From the NCBI GenBank assembly GCA_944387475.1, contig CALXFB010000001.1, positions 27,436-91,435 of the forward strand: a DNA stretch of 64,000 nucleotides, given 5' to 3'. The DNA is from an uncultured Clostridia bacterium (GTDB lineage: Bacteria; Bacillota; Clostridia; TANB77; CAG-508). This document shows positions 1-10,103 of this stretch, piece by piece; within the stretch, counting starts at the first letter, position 1, and every line of letters starts with the position of its first letter. Position numbers and translations under genes: made by a program. Below the pieces are notes generated by a model. That model saw only the letters and a list, made by a program, of their open reading frames with translations, was not told where the DNA came from and searched no databases.

Positions 1-2
1 TA

Positions 3-59
3 TGTGTAAAAAATGAAGATGTAGTAGAATATGGAACACCATTATTTAAGATTAAATAG
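3..59 (+). CDS. accB: biotin carboxyl carrier protein, C-terminal fragment (gene starts upstream of the window)
   Basis: Frame 3 reads CVKNEDVVEYGTPLFKIK*, a typical BCCP C-terminus. It lies directly upstream of fabZ and accC. Confidence 0.6.
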   Translation, partial: CVKNEDVVEYGTPLFKIK

Positions 60-110
60 AAAATAAAAATACAAAACAAAGAAATATATAATTTAATGAG
101 GAGATAAAAA

Positions 111-536
111 ATGGTTTTAGATAAAGAAGGAATAAAAAATATAATACCACAAAGAGATCCATTTTTAATGATAGATGAAGTGGAAGAATATATACCTGGA
201 GAAAGTGCTGTTGCATATAAACATGTAAGTGAAGATGAATATTATTTTAAAGGACATTTCCCAGGAAATCCTATCATGCCAGGAGTACTTATTGTAGAGT
301 CACTTGCACAAACAGGAGCAGTTGCAATTCTTTCTATGGAAGAAAACAAAGGTAAAAATGCATTATTCGGTGGAATAGATAAAATTCGTTTTAAAAAACA
401 GGTGATTCCTGGTGATGTTTTAAAATTAGAAGTAAAAATAATAAAAAGAAAAGGTCCAATAGGAATTGGAGAAGCTATTGCAACAGTTGATGGTAAAGTA
501 GCTGCAAAAGGGGAATTAACATTTGCAGTAGTCTAA
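111..536 (+). CDS. fabZ: 3-hydroxyacyl-ACP dehydratase FabZ
   Basis: 141 aa hot-dog fold protein with the motif [28 protein letters not shown] lies upstream. Confidence 0.9.
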   Translation: MVLDKEGIKNIIPQRDPFLMIDEVEEYIPGESAVAYKHVSEDEYYFKGHFPGNPIMPGVLIVESLAQTGAVAILSMEENKGKNALFGGIDKIRFKKQVIPGDVLKLEVKIIKRKGPIGIGEAIATVDGKVAAKGELTFAVV

Positions 537-537
537 A

Positions 538-625
538 TGAGAAAAATAGGGACGGGGAATTTTTTTCTCATTTTATAAAATATTGTAAAAGTGAGACAAA
601 AAATTCCCGTCCCTAAAAGTCTCAC
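538..625. repeat. Two inverted copies of the family-A hairpin repeat (core GGGACGGGG / CCCGTCCC), between the fabZ stop and the accC RBS
   Basis: 538-570 is TGAGAAAAATAGGGACGGGGAATTTTTTTCTCA. 591-625 is GTGAGACAAAAAATTCCCGTCCCTAAAAGTCTCAC, close to the reverse complement of the first copy. Confidence 0.8.
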
Positions 626-631
626 GAAAGG

Positions 632-1994
632 ATGAATAATATGTTAAAAAAAGTTTTAATTGCAAACCGTGGAGAAATTGCTGTTAGAATTATTAGAGCT
701 TGTAGAGAAATGGGTATTAGAACAGTTGCTATTTATTCAGAAGCAGATAAAAATGCTTTGCACGTAAGTTTAGCTGATGAAGCTATTTGTGTGGGTCCCG
801 CACCTTCTAATAAGAGCTATTTAAATATGAAAGCTATTTTAGAGGCTGCATGTCTTACTGGTGCAGATAGCATACATCCAGGTTTTGGTTTTTTATCAGA
901 AAATAGTACTTTTGCTAAAATTTGTGAAGAAATGGGAATTAAGTTTATTGGTCCTGATTATAGACTAATAGAATTATTAGGTAATAAATCAAAAGCAAAA
1001 GAAACTATGAAAAATGCAGGAGTACCAGTTGTGCCTGGCTCAAATGGTTTAATTAAGTCTAAAGAAGAAGCAATTTCTTTAGCAGAAGAAATCAAATACC
1101 CTGTAATGCTTAAAGCATCAAGCGGTCGGTGGAGGAAGAGGTATTCGTATTGCATATAATAAAGACCAATTAGAAAAAGAATATGATTTAGTAAAACAAG
1201 AGGCTAAAATTTCTTTTAATGATGATAGCTTATATTTAGAAAAATTTGTTGAAAACCCAAGACACGTAGAAATACAAGTTTTAGCAGACGAACATGGAAA
1301 TTGTATTCATTTAGGTGAAAGAGATTGTTCTGTCCAAAGAAGAAACCAAAAAGTTTTAGAAGAAACTCCTTCTCCTATATTAGATGAAAAAACAAGAAAG
1401 AAAATGGGAGAAGTTGCAATTAATGCTGTTAAACAAATTGGATATACAAATGCAGGGACAATCGAATTTTTAGTTGATAAGAATAAAGATTTTTATTTTA
1501 TGGAAATGAATACTAGAGTACAAGTAGAACATCCAGTAACTGAAATGGTAACAGGTGTTGATATTATAAAAGAACAAATAAAAATTGCAAGTGGAGAAGT
1601 TCTAAGTTTTAAACAAAAAGATATAGTATTTAACGGTCACAGTATGGAAGTTAGAATAAATGCAGAAGACCCAGATAAAAACTTCATGCCTTGCCCTGGA
1701 ATCATAAAAGACTTACATTTACCAGGTGGAAATGGTGTAAGAATTGATACTGCAATTTATCCAGGTTATAAAATACCACCTACATATGACTCTATGATAG
1801 CTAAAATAATAGTTCATGGAAAAGACAGAAATGAATCAATTGCTAAAATGAGAAGTTGTGTTGCAGAATTAGTAGTAGACGGAATTAAAACAAATGCTGA
1901 TTTTATTTTGAAAATATTATCAGATGAAGATTTTAAAAATAATAATTATGATACATCTTTTGTAGCAAAAAAATTTGGAATAAAGTCTAATTAA
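632..1994 (+). CDS. accC: acetyl-CoA carboxylase biotin carboxylase subunit; needs a +1 shift at CGG 1127-1129
   Basis: KVLIANRGEIAVRIIRAC at the N-terminus. The 0 frame gives KASSGRWRKR...; skipping C1127 gives KASSGGGGRGIRIAYN (glycine-rich ATP loop). That frame runs into ORF 1404-1994 (EMNTRVQVEHPVTE). Confidence 0.9.
1127..1129 (+). other. in-frame CGG at a +1 frameshift site (GGT CGG T -> GGT [C] GGT)
   Basis: 632 and 1127 are in the same frame (both 2 mod 3). The downstream ORF is in frame 0 mod 3, the same frame as 1128. Confidence 0.9.
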
Positions 1995-2169
1995 TTTAAT
2001 ATAATTAAATAGAAAATATAAAAGTAAATGTTTTTTTAAAAAAGTTAATTATTTTCAAAAAAAGCATTTACTTTTTTTGAAAATTTGTATACAATAGTGT
2101 AAGAAAATGTCAAAGTGGAACTAAAAATAGGAACGAAAGAAAATTTATGAGAAGAAAGGGAGAATTTTA

Positions 2170-3462
2170 ATGAAGATACTAATGTTGACATGGGAATATC
2201 CACCAAGAGTTGTAGGTGGAATTGCAAGAGTTGTTTATGACTTATCAAAAACACTATATAAAGATGGACATGATGTAACTGTAATTACTTACAGAGAAGG
2301 AGATGCACCTTATTTTGAAGATGATAAAGGTGTAAAGGTTTATAGAGTTGATAATTATATGATTAATCCTAATAATTTTATCGATTGGGTTTTACAATTA
2401 AACTTTAATATGATAGCTAAAGCTAATGAAATTATGTTAAAAGAAGGAAATTTTGATGTTATTCACGCCCATGACTGGTTAGTAGCTTATAGTGCAAAAA
2501 CTTTAAAAAATTCTTATAATATCCCAATTGTTGCAACAATACATGCAACAGAAGCCGGAAGAAATAGTGGTATTCATGATGAACAACAAAGATATATAAA
2601 TGATACAGAGTGGATGCTTACATATGAAGCAGCTGAAGTAATAGTAAATAGTAATTATATGAAAAATGAGTTACAAAGATTGTTCGGACTTCCTTATGAG
2701 AAAATAAATGTTGTACCTAATGGTGTTAATTTAAATTTATTTAATGGAATTGAAAGAGATTATAATTTTAGAAGAAAATATGCAATGGATAATGAAAAGA
2801 TTATTTTATTTATGGGTAGACTTGTTTATGAAAAAGGTATTCAACATTTGATTGCTGCTATGCCTAAGATATTAAATGGTTACAATGATGCAAAACTTGT
2901 TATCTGTGGTAAAGGTGGTATGGAACAAGAATTAAAACAACAAGTAAATAATATGGGAATAGGAAATAAGGTATATTTTGCAGGATATATGAATGGGAAA
3001 GATGTTCAGAAGATGTACAAAGCAGCAGATATTGCAGTTTTTCCAAGTACATATGAACCATTCGGAATTGTTGCATTAGAAGCAATGCTTTCTGAAAGAC
3101 CTATTGTTGTATCAGATATTGGTGGATTAAATGAAATTGTAGATCATAAAGTAAATGGTATGAAAGCATATTGTGGAAATCCTAATTCATTTGCTGATTC
3201 GATTTTGGAATTATTATTTGACCATAAATTATGTGCAGATATTACAAGAGTTGCTAAAAATAAAGTTAGAAATGATTATAATTGGAGTAAAATTGCACAA
3301 GATACACATTTTGCGTATCAAAAAGCAATTTGTCAATCTATGGCTGAAAAACAAAAAAGAGAGCTTGAACAAGAAAGAGCTAAGAAAACTAAAAAGGCTA
3401 AAAATACAGAAAATGAAATTACAAATCTACTTAGCTTTAAGAAACGCCAAGCATATGCTTAA
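2170..3462 (+). CDS. GT4-family glycosyltransferase (group 1) with a Lys-rich C-terminal tail
   Basis: 430 aa. HAHDW, and the EX7E region PSTYEPFGIVALEAM, typical of GT-B group 1 transferases. Confidence 0.75.
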   Translation: MKILMLTWEYPPRVVGGIARVVYDLSKTLYKDGHDVTVITYREGDAPYFEDDKGVKVYRVDNYMINPNNFIDWVLQLNFNMIAKANEIMLKEGNFDVIHAHDWLVAYSAKTLKNSYNIPIVATIHATEAGRNSGIHDEQQRYINDTEWMLTYEAAEVIVNSNYMKNELQRLFGLPYEKINVVPNGVNLNLFNGIERDYNFRRKYAMDNEKIILFMGRLVYEKGIQHLIAAMPKILNGYNDAKLVICGKGGMEQELKQQVNNMGIGNKVYFAGYMNGKDVQKMYKAADIAVFPSTYEPFGIVALEAMLSERPIVVSDIGGLNEIVDHKVNGMKAYCGNPNSFADSILELLFDHKLCADITRVAKNKVRNDYNWSKIAQDTHFAYQKAICQSMAEKQKRELEQERAKKTKKAKNTENEITNLLSFKKRQAYA

Positions 3463-3467
3463 ATTTA

Positions 3468-3489
3468 AAGAGAGCAACAAGCTCTCTTT
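3468..3489 (+). terminator. hairpin terminator after the glycosyltransferase gene
   Basis: AAAGAGAGC-aaca-GCTCTCTTT, 6 nt after the stop codon. Confidence 0.55.
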
Positions 3490-3597
3490 AATAAGATAAA
3501 TTATAAAATAAAAGAACAAGAGAACCTAGAAAATACAATAATTTAAAGCATTTTGATAAAAACATGGCAAAAACATGAAAAAATTTATAAAAAACTA

Positions 3598-3626
3598 TTG
3601 ACAAGTATGAAAAAAATTAGTATAAT
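3598..3626 (+). promoter_or_regulatory. sigma-A type promoter for the tRNA cluster
   Basis: TTGACA (3598-3603), 17-nt spacer, TATAAT (3621-3626), about 20 nt upstream of tRNA-Val. Confidence 0.7.
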
Positions 3627-3646
3627 AAATTTCGTCGGAAGAACAT

Positions 3647-3722
3647 GGTCGCTTAGCTCAGCTGGGAGAGCATCTGCCTTACAAGCAGGGGGTCACAGGT
3701 TCGAGCCCTGTAGCGACCACCA
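3647..3722 (+). tRNA. tRNA-Val (anticodon UAC)
   Basis: Cloverleaf by eye. Acceptor GGTCGCT/AGCGACC, anticodon loop CTTACAA, T-loop GGTTCGAGCC, encoded CCA. Confidence 0.85.
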
Positions 3723-3730
3723 TGTTTTAC

Positions 3731-3807
3731 GGCCTGGTAGTTCAGTTGGTTAGAACGCTAGCCTGTCACGCTAGAGGTCGACGGTTCGAGCCCGTTCCAG
3801 GTCGCCA
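3731..3807 (+). tRNA. tRNA-Asp (anticodon GUC)
   Basis: Acceptor GGCCTGG/CCAGGTC, anticodon stem CTAGC/GCTAG with loop CTGTCAC, T-loop GGTTCGAGCC, CCA end. Confidence 0.85.
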
Positions 3808-3820
3808 TTTTTTTATATAA

Positions 3821-3896
3821 GCCTTGATAGCTCAGTTGGTAGAGCAAAGGACTGAAAATCCTTGTGTCACTGGTTCGATTCCAGTTCAAGGCACCA
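3821..3896 (+). tRNA. tRNA-Phe (anticodon GAA)
   Basis: GCCTTGATAGCTCAGTTGGTAGAGC..., anticodon stem AAGGA/TCCTT with loop CTGAAAA, T-loop GGTTCGATTCC, CCA end. Confidence 0.9.
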
Positions 3897-3925
3897 AAAA
3901 TACAAGGAAACTTGTATTTTATTTT
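3897..3925 (+). terminator. rho-independent terminator after the tRNA cluster
   Basis: TACAAG-gaaa-CTTGTA followed by TTTTATTTT. Confidence 0.65.
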
Positions 3926-3977
3926 CAACCACAAAACGAACAAATATTTGAACAATAATAACTATATAATATAATAA

Positions 3978-4833
3978 ATGGAGATGATAATTATGAGTAA
4001 ATTAGAAAAAATCGAAAATTATAACAATCAAACTTTTGAGGATATAAAACATGTTGATGAATATGGAACTGAATATTGGTATGCTAGAGAATTACAAATT
4101 GTTTTAAATTATAAAGAATGGAGAAAATTTGAAAATGTAATAAACAAAGCAAAAGAATCTTGTAAAAATAGTGATATTAGTGTGCTAGAACATTTTGTCG
4201 AGGTCGACAAGTTGTCAAAACGTGCTAATAATGCAAAAGTTGTAATTAAAGATTACAAATTAACACGTTATGCTTGCTATTTAATAGCACAAAATGGAGA
4301 TACTAGAAAGAAAGTAATTGCTCTTGCACAAACATATTTTGCAGTTCAAACTAGGAAACAAGAAATTAGTGAAAAAGAATACACTTCACTAACAGAAGAT
4401 GAAAAAAGATTTTATCAAAGAAATTTAACAAGAAAAGGAAATTATTCATTAAATCAAACAGCAAAAAAAGCAGGAGTTAAAAATTTTGATAAATTTCACA
4501 ATAGTGGATATAAAGGATTATATAATGGAGAAACTGCAGATGACATTGCTAAGAGAAAAGGATTAAGATATAGAGAAGATATTTTAGATAATATGGGAAG
4601 TGAAGAACTTGCAGCTAATTTATTTCGTATTACACAAACAGAGTCAAGGTTAAAAAGAGACAGAGTTGATAATGAAAAGCAAGCATGTGATACTCATAAT
4701 AAAATTGGAAAAATCGTTAGAGAAGCAATTAGACAAGCAGGGCGGAACTATGCCTGAAGATTTACCTACACCTAAAAAAAGTTTAAAAGAATTAGAAAAA
4801 GAAAATAAGAGAAGTTTAAAGAAAATAGAATAA
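3978..4833 (+). CDS. dinD: DNA-damage-inducible protein D-like (DinD family); needs a +1 shift at CGG 4743-4745. Alternative start ATG 3993
   Basis: The 0 frame ends ...IRQAGRNYA*. Skipping C4743 gives ...IRQAGGTMPEDLPTPKKSLKELEKENKRSLKKIE*, open to TAA 4831-4833. Confidence 0.7.
4743..4745 (+). other. in-frame CGG at a +1 frameshift site (GGG CGG A -> GGG [C] GGA)
   Basis: 3978 and 4743 are both 0 mod 3. The extended reading continues 29 codons in the +1 frame. Confidence 0.75.
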
Positions 4834-4948
4834 AAAGTTAGAAGAAAAAGCAAAGAGGATGAATATATCAAAAAGATAAAAGTTTTGTTCTATAAAATAA
4901 TAAAAAAATTACATTATAAATTTAAATAAGATGTAAGGAGTATGAATA

Positions 4949-5242
4949 GTGGAAGAACAAAAAAGAGGTTTTACAAATCAAAAAATTCAAGACAAAATGT
5001 TATTATTGCTTGAAGAAACAGGAGAACTTGCAAAAGCGATAAGAAAAACATTACCAGAAGCCTCAATAGATTATAACAAAATAGAAAATTATACTGATAT
5101 AGAAGAAGGACCATCAGATGTTTTATATTATGTTATAATGATTGCAAATACATATGATATAGATTTAGAGAAATGCTTTAGAATTAAAGAAGAATTAAAT
5201 TGTGTTAGATATGGGCATCAATTAAAAATAGAGGATATATAA
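4949..5242 (+). CDS. small MazG-like nucleotide pyrophosphohydrolase domain protein (GTG start)
   Basis: 97 aa. The EETGELAKAIRK helix motif is typical of MazG/all-alpha NTP-PPase proteins. Confidence 0.55.
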   Translation: MEEQKRGFTNQKIQDKMLLLLEETGELAKAIRKTLPEASIDYNKIENYTDIEEGPSDVLYYVIMIANTYDIDLEKCFRIKEELNCVRYGHQLKIEDI

Positions 5243-5366
5243 ATATAGAGTACTCATAAAGAAAAAATACACTTGAAATATTATGTAAAATGATATATAA
5301 TGTTAAGCAAGTAATGTTGGATTAGTTTTCTATTAAAGATAACTATCAAATAGGGAAGGAAACATT

Positions 5367-5552
5367 ATGAAAAAAGTCGTTTATTCTTTTTTATTTGCAT
5401 TGATGGTATTTATATTTGAAAATTTTATAAATTATTCAATTTTATCATCGCAAGCAGAAATACTAGTTGATCTTACCATATATCATGCAATTGTTGTCTT
5501 TTTGATAACATTTATAGCATATGGACTAGGCGAAAGGAAAGAAAAAGATTAG
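5367..5552 (+). CDS. small membrane protein, unknown function
   Basis: 61 aa with two hydrophobic helices. RBS GGGAAGGAAAC upstream, hairpin terminator downstream. Confidence 0.5.
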   Translation: MKKVVYSFLFALMVFIFENFINYSILSSQAEILVDLTIYHAIVVFLITFIAYGLGERKEKD

Positions 5553-5561
5553 ACTTTTAAA

Positions 5562-5590
5562 CAAAGGGAGAAGCAGTGCTTCTCTCTTTG
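5562..5590 (+). terminator. hairpin terminator
   Basis: CAAAGGGAGAAGC-agt-GCTTCTCTCTTTG. Confidence 0.6.
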
Positions 5591-5739
5591 TGACCAAAAT
5601 TAAGATGTATGAAAATATAGAATCAAATAAAAAGTATAAAAAACAAAAGAAAAGCAAAAAGAGAAAAAAAGAAAGGTTAAAAAATAAAGAAAAAAGTGAT
5701 AAAAATGTAAAATAAATATAAATTATGAAAGGGATATAA

Positions 5740-7125
5740 ATGGGTATTTTAAATATAAATTTAGATAAATACAGAAAAAAGGCAGTAGAAATATATACCA
5801 AGATATTCGGAAAAGAATATGAAACAATAATAAGAAAAAGAATAGAAAGTGTAGAAATAGTAACATATAATTCAGAAAAGGGCATAAGAAAATATAAAAT
5901 ATTTTTAGAAAATTGTAAAGCAAGAGAATTATCAATAGAATTTTTAAGAAAAATAGGTATAGATGTAAGTAAAGAAAAAGGAAGAAGTTTTGCAGAAGAA
6001 TTGCCAGATGATTTAAGAAAATTAGCTAGGGAGTATTTTTGTGGAAATAGTGGTTTTACGTATTTTCCGGAAAAAAACAATGTGGGTATTAGAGGTTTTA
6101 AAAAGAAAACAAAAGAAGTAAATTCAAAAGACACAACAGAAAAACAAATAAGATTTATAAATTTCTTTTTGGGTAATGAGGAAATAGTAGATGAATATGA
6201 TTTAGAAGAGTTTTTAAGAACAGAAGAAGGAAGAGAAGTTTTAAAAAAGATTGAAGGATATAATAAAATTTTTAACGAAATATTAAAAAAATACCAAGAA
6301 TATGAAAAAACATTAGGAAATATAGAAGATTTTTTAGAATTTAGAAAAAATACCGACATTACAAAAACAGAAGAATTTGAAGAAATGAAAAAACTACTTT
6401 CTAAATTTCCAGTAGAAGGAGATGTAGAAAATGATGCATTTTATTTATTAAATCAAGGAAAAGTATTTGTAACAATAAATCCAGAAAAGCCAGTATTATT
6501 TTATACCATATTAGAAGGTGGAGGACTTGATTATACAATGCTACATGAGTTTTGCCATGTGATAGAAAAACATTCAAAAGGAAAAGAAAAGATAGGTTCT
6601 GGATTTGATATTACAAAAGAAAAAAATCTATATAGACCTGAAAAAAGAAAATATGAAAGATTAAATGAAAATATTACAGATATATTTAGTATTAGAGCAA
6701 CAAAAATTTTACATGAAAGAGAAGAATATTTATTAGAACCAAAAGAAATAGTTTTAAGTAATATTATGGATGCAAATACAAGTAGTATAACTAAAAATAT
6801 GCTTATGCCATTTCTTAAAAGATATAAAGAACAAATAATTAGAGCAAGAATTACAGGTGACATTAATAGTTTATTAGAAGTAGTAGGAAAAGATAATTTC
6901 GAAGAATTAAATGATTGTATAAATGTAGTAGACTATTTTATCTATGAAAAAGGATTATCAAAAATATTAGAAAAAAGAGCAAATAATGATAGAAAAGAAA
7001 AGGAAAAAGATATAGAGAGCACAGAAGAAGAGGTAATAGAAGAATATGAAAAACAATTACAAAGGTTAGATAGGATTTATATAAGCATGGAAGAAAATTT
7101 AAAAAGTAATAATCAAGAAAGATAA
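5740..7125 (+). CDS. hypothetical protein with an HExxH motif (possible zinc metallopeptidase)
   Basis: 461 aa, Lys/Glu-rich. MLHEFCHVIEKH is in the middle. I recognise no other family signature. Confidence 0.5.
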   Translation: MGILNINLDKYRKKAVEIYTKIFGKEYETIIRKRIESVEIVTYNSEKGIRKYKIFLENCKARELSIEFLRKIGIDVSKEKGRSFAEELPDDLRKLAREYFCGNSGFTYFPEKNNVGIRGFKKKTKEVNSKDTTEKQIRFINFFLGNEEIVDEYDLEEFLRTEEGREVLKKIEGYNKIFNEILKKYQEYEKTLGNIEDFLEFRKNTDITKTEEFEEMKKLLSKFPVEGDVENDAFYLLNQGKVFVTINPEKPVLFYTILEGGGLDYTMLHEFCHVIEKHSKGKEKIGSGFDITKEKNLYRPEKRKYERLNENITDIFSIRATKILHEREEYLLEPKEIVLSNIMDANTSSITKNMLMPFLKRYKEQIIRARITGDINSLLEVVGKDNFEELNDCINVVDYFIYEKGLSKILEKRANNDRKEKEKDIESTEEEVIEEYEKQLQRLDRIYISMEENLKSNNQER

Positions 7126-7154
7126 AAAAGAATTAGAGAGCACTAATTCTTTTT
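7125..7154. terminator. bidirectional hairpin between convergent genes
   Basis: AAAAAGAATTAG-agagca-CTAATTCTTTTT. It overlaps the stop codon of the minus-strand acyl-CoA ligase. Confidence 0.6.
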
Positions 7155-8871
7155 ATCTTTAAAAATCATATTGCTACCATAACGTTTAACTTTTTGAGTA
7201 GTAGTTTTTTCAAATTCTTTATCTCTAATTATAAAATCTTTAATATGTTTATAATTAGGAAGTTTTTTATTAACACTAGCAACTACATCAGAAATTAATT
7301 TCCAGATTTCTTCCTTTGTAGGCATACTGCTTTTTAAATATTCCTTAATAGCTTCAATATCAGGATAAATTTGAGCATTTACATATGTTTCATCATCATC
7401 ATCTTTTTTAATTCCAAGTACCAAAGACTCTGAAATCAAAGGATTATCATTTAAATAGTATTCAACCTCTTCAGGATAAATATTTTTACCATTTTTAGTA
7501 ACAATAACAGATTTACATCTACCTGTAACATATAAATAGCCATTTTTATCAATTTTACCAAGATCACCTGTGTGGAACCAACCATTTGTTATAGTTTCTT
7601 TAGTTCTTTTCTCATCTTCATAATAACCGAAGCATTACATTGGGACCTTTTACAATAATTTCACCAATACCTTCACTATTAGGTTTATCAATTTTATATT
7701 CTACATTAGGAATAGGAAGCCCAACACTATCATCTTTTTGGAAAAAGTCGGTATTTCCAGCAACTAAAGGAGAACATTCAGTTAGTCCATAACCTTGTAG
7801 AGTATTTAAACTTAAATCTCTAAAATCAGATATAATATTAGGATTACAACTTGCAGCACCTACAATAAAAACACGAAGTCTTCCACCTAAAGTGTTTTTT
7901 ACTTTTGTTTTAACAATCTTTTTCATGAAAAATGGTAGACTATTATATGGATTATCATCATTTTGTTTTCTATATTTTTCAGGTAATGATTTGTTCATAT
8001 TTTTAACTATAGTTTTATGAAGCTTTTCTAAAAGTAAAGGGACACATAATATAACAGAAGGATGATATTCTTGCATATTTTTTGCAATATAACGTAAGCC
8101 TTCACAATGACAAATAGAAGCTCCACTATATATTGGAAGTAAAAATCCTAGTGTACATTCATAAGTGTGATGTAATGGTAAAACAGAGAAGAATAAATCA
8201 CTTCTTTTTACTTTTACAATACCATATGTTGAAAGAATATTAGAGCATATATTTCTTTGAGATAAACATACACCTTTAGCACTTCCAGTAGTTCCAGATG
8301 TGAAAAGTAAAATACGTAATTCATCTGGGTCTACTTTTATATTATCAAAATCAGTAAATCCTGCTAAATATAATTTTTTACCATCATTTAAAAAATCATT
8401 AAACTTGTCCTCAAATGATATAAAATAAGTATCAGGATTTTCTACTTTTTGGATATTATCTAAAACAGTGTCTAAGTTTTTATTATCACCTAAAAGACAT
8501 GCAGTTTGAGACACATTCATAAAATTTATTACATCATCAGAATGTAATTCTTTATCAATAGGAACAACAATTCCTACAATAGAGGCAGCTAAATATGAAA
8601 CTGACCATTTGTAAGAATTTTTACCAATTACAGCAATTCTTTTACCTAAAAATCCATTTTTTATTAAATTAGTTCCAAGATATATGACATCATTTTTTAA
8701 TTCTTCATAGGAAATTCTTTTAATATTTCCATTTTCATCTTTTAATTTAAAAACAGTTCTGCTGCGATAAATATCTCCGGAACGATATAACATATCTTTA
8801 AAATTAGTAACTTCTTCTGTTTTATGATATTTTTTCTTTAGCTTATCGGCAACTGTTAAATTTTTTTCCAT
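7143..8871 (-). CDS. long-chain-fatty-acid--CoA ligase (AMP-binding enzyme); needs a +1 shift at sense-strand CGG (plus-strand 7627-7629)
   Basis: LLFTSGTTGSAKGV and GYGLTE motifs. The 0 frame ends ...VKGPNVMLRLL*. Skipping the C gives ...GPNVMLGYYEDEKRTKETITNGWFHTGDLGKIDKNGYLYVTGRCKSVIVTKNGKNIYPEEVE..., which joins ORF 7143-7439. Confidence 0.85.
7627..7629 (-). other. in-frame CGG (coding strand) at a +1 frameshift site (CTT CGG T -> CTT [C] GGT)
   Basis: Plus-strand CCG is CGG on the minus coding strand, in frame with the stop at 7618-7620. Confidence 0.85.
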
Positions 8872-8883
8872 AATTAGTACCTC

Positions 8884-9792
8884 CTATTTGTAACGATAAA
8901 ATGTAAAATTAGTGCTGTCTTTTAAGGTTACTTTACCATCATAAATTGTTTCAGAATTTGTTTCTAATGGTATATCTAAATATACTGAACATTTAAATTC
9001 TTGTTCTAAATTATTTGTAATATATATATCAAATGAAATACTACTTTCAATTGTACTTAATAAAACATCACATTTTTTAAGTAAAGTTCCATCATATGTA
9101 ATTGGTGAAGATGTATCTGTTATTGTATAATCTGTTTTAATATTGTTATTTACATAGCTCAAAACTATAGGATTTGCCAGATTATTATAAAGTGTTGGCT
9201 TATCTAAATTTGCTTCATCATCAGATGTTATATTAAAATCTAATCTATTATTAATTAAATTTTCATCTATAATATCACTTTTTGCAAAATTAGATATGTT
9301 TTTATAATAAAGGCTTGGCGAGCCAAGTGTTGGTGTTTTTGTAAATTTTATATTATCAATATAAACACTTTTTAGAGTATTTTCGTAACTTTTGTTACTT
9401 TCAGGGCTTGTTATAAAAATAGCCATGTCAGTATATTGGTATAAATTCTCAATTGTAAAATTACTACTTGATGCTGATTTGTTTTTAACATCACAATTAC
9501 TAAAAAATGTTATATCTTTTATTTCAAAAACAGTTTTCTCATTTTTACTTGAAAAATCTAAAACACTATTTTCAAAATTTCTTTTTAATACATATTTATA
9601 AAATAATAAATAACAAAGTATAAAAACAATTATAAACAGTATTACTGTGATTATCGTTAATATAAATTCTTTTTTACTTAAATTCTTAAAATCTATGTTC
9701 TTATTTATTTTGTTATTTTTTACATTATCATTTTTTTCTTTATTATTTTTTTTCATATTTTTCGATTTTTTATTTTTAATATTTTTTTCCAT
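8884..9792 (-). CDS. hypothetical membrane-anchored protein (Lys/Asn-rich N-terminus, one TM helix, extracytoplasmic domain)
   Basis: 302 aa. TM segment FILTIITVILFIIVFILCYLLFY. RBS GGAGG upstream. Confidence 0.5.
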   Translation of the reverse strand: MEKNIKNKKSKNMKKNNKEKNDNVKNNKINKNIDFKNLSKKEFILTIITVILFIIVFILCYLLFYKYVLKRNFENSVLDFSSKNEKTVFEIKDITFFSNCDVKNKSASSSNFTIENLYQYTDMAIFITSPESNKSYENTLKSVYIDNIKFTKTPTLGSPSLYYKNISNFAKSDIIDENLINNRLDFNITSDDEANLDKPTLYNNLANPIVLSYVNNNIKTDYTITDTSSPITYDGTLLKKCDVLLSTIESSISFDIYITNNLEQEFKCSVYLDIPLETNSETIYDGKVTLKDSTNFTFYRYK

Positions 9793-10065
9793 AATTCCTC
9801 CTTTGTAAACAACTTTATAATATTACAAAAATAAGATAAAATCAAGTGTTTTTAGGCATAAATATAACTACTATTTTTATAATATTTATTATATCTTAAA
9901 AATATTACTAAAAAAATAAAATTACAGTAAAATATTTGAAATAAATAATAAATAAAAAAGGATTGATAAAACATTTCTAAGATTAAACTTAGAAGTGTTT
10001 TTTGTTACAAAAATATTAAAAGTATATTACAATTTAGTGACTAGTGGGGTTTTAGAGGTTTTTTC

Positions 10066-10094
10066 GTTGACAAAATAAGGTCAAAAATGTAGAA
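10066..10094 (+). promoter_or_regulatory. candidate sigma-A promoter
   Basis: TTGACA, 17-nt spacer, TAGAAT, followed by the RBS AGGTGA. Confidence 0.45.
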
Positions 10095-10103
10095 TTATAA
10101 TAG

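Noticed and set aside
3553-3955. ORFs 3553-3753 (+) and 3758-3955 (-) from the ORF track.
   Set aside because: They run straight through three canonical tRNA genes, so they are artefacts.
5526-6359. Long minus-strand ORF (277 aa) overlapping the + strand HExxH gene. Similar antisense ORFs lie at 18852-19541, 32551-33123, 33289-34291, 40433-40987, 43361-44035 and 48095-48526.
   Set aside because: They are Phe/Ser/Leu/Ile-rich shadows of Lys/Glu/Asn-rich + strand genes. They have no RBS and no motifs, and each lies fully inside a well-supported gene on the other strand.
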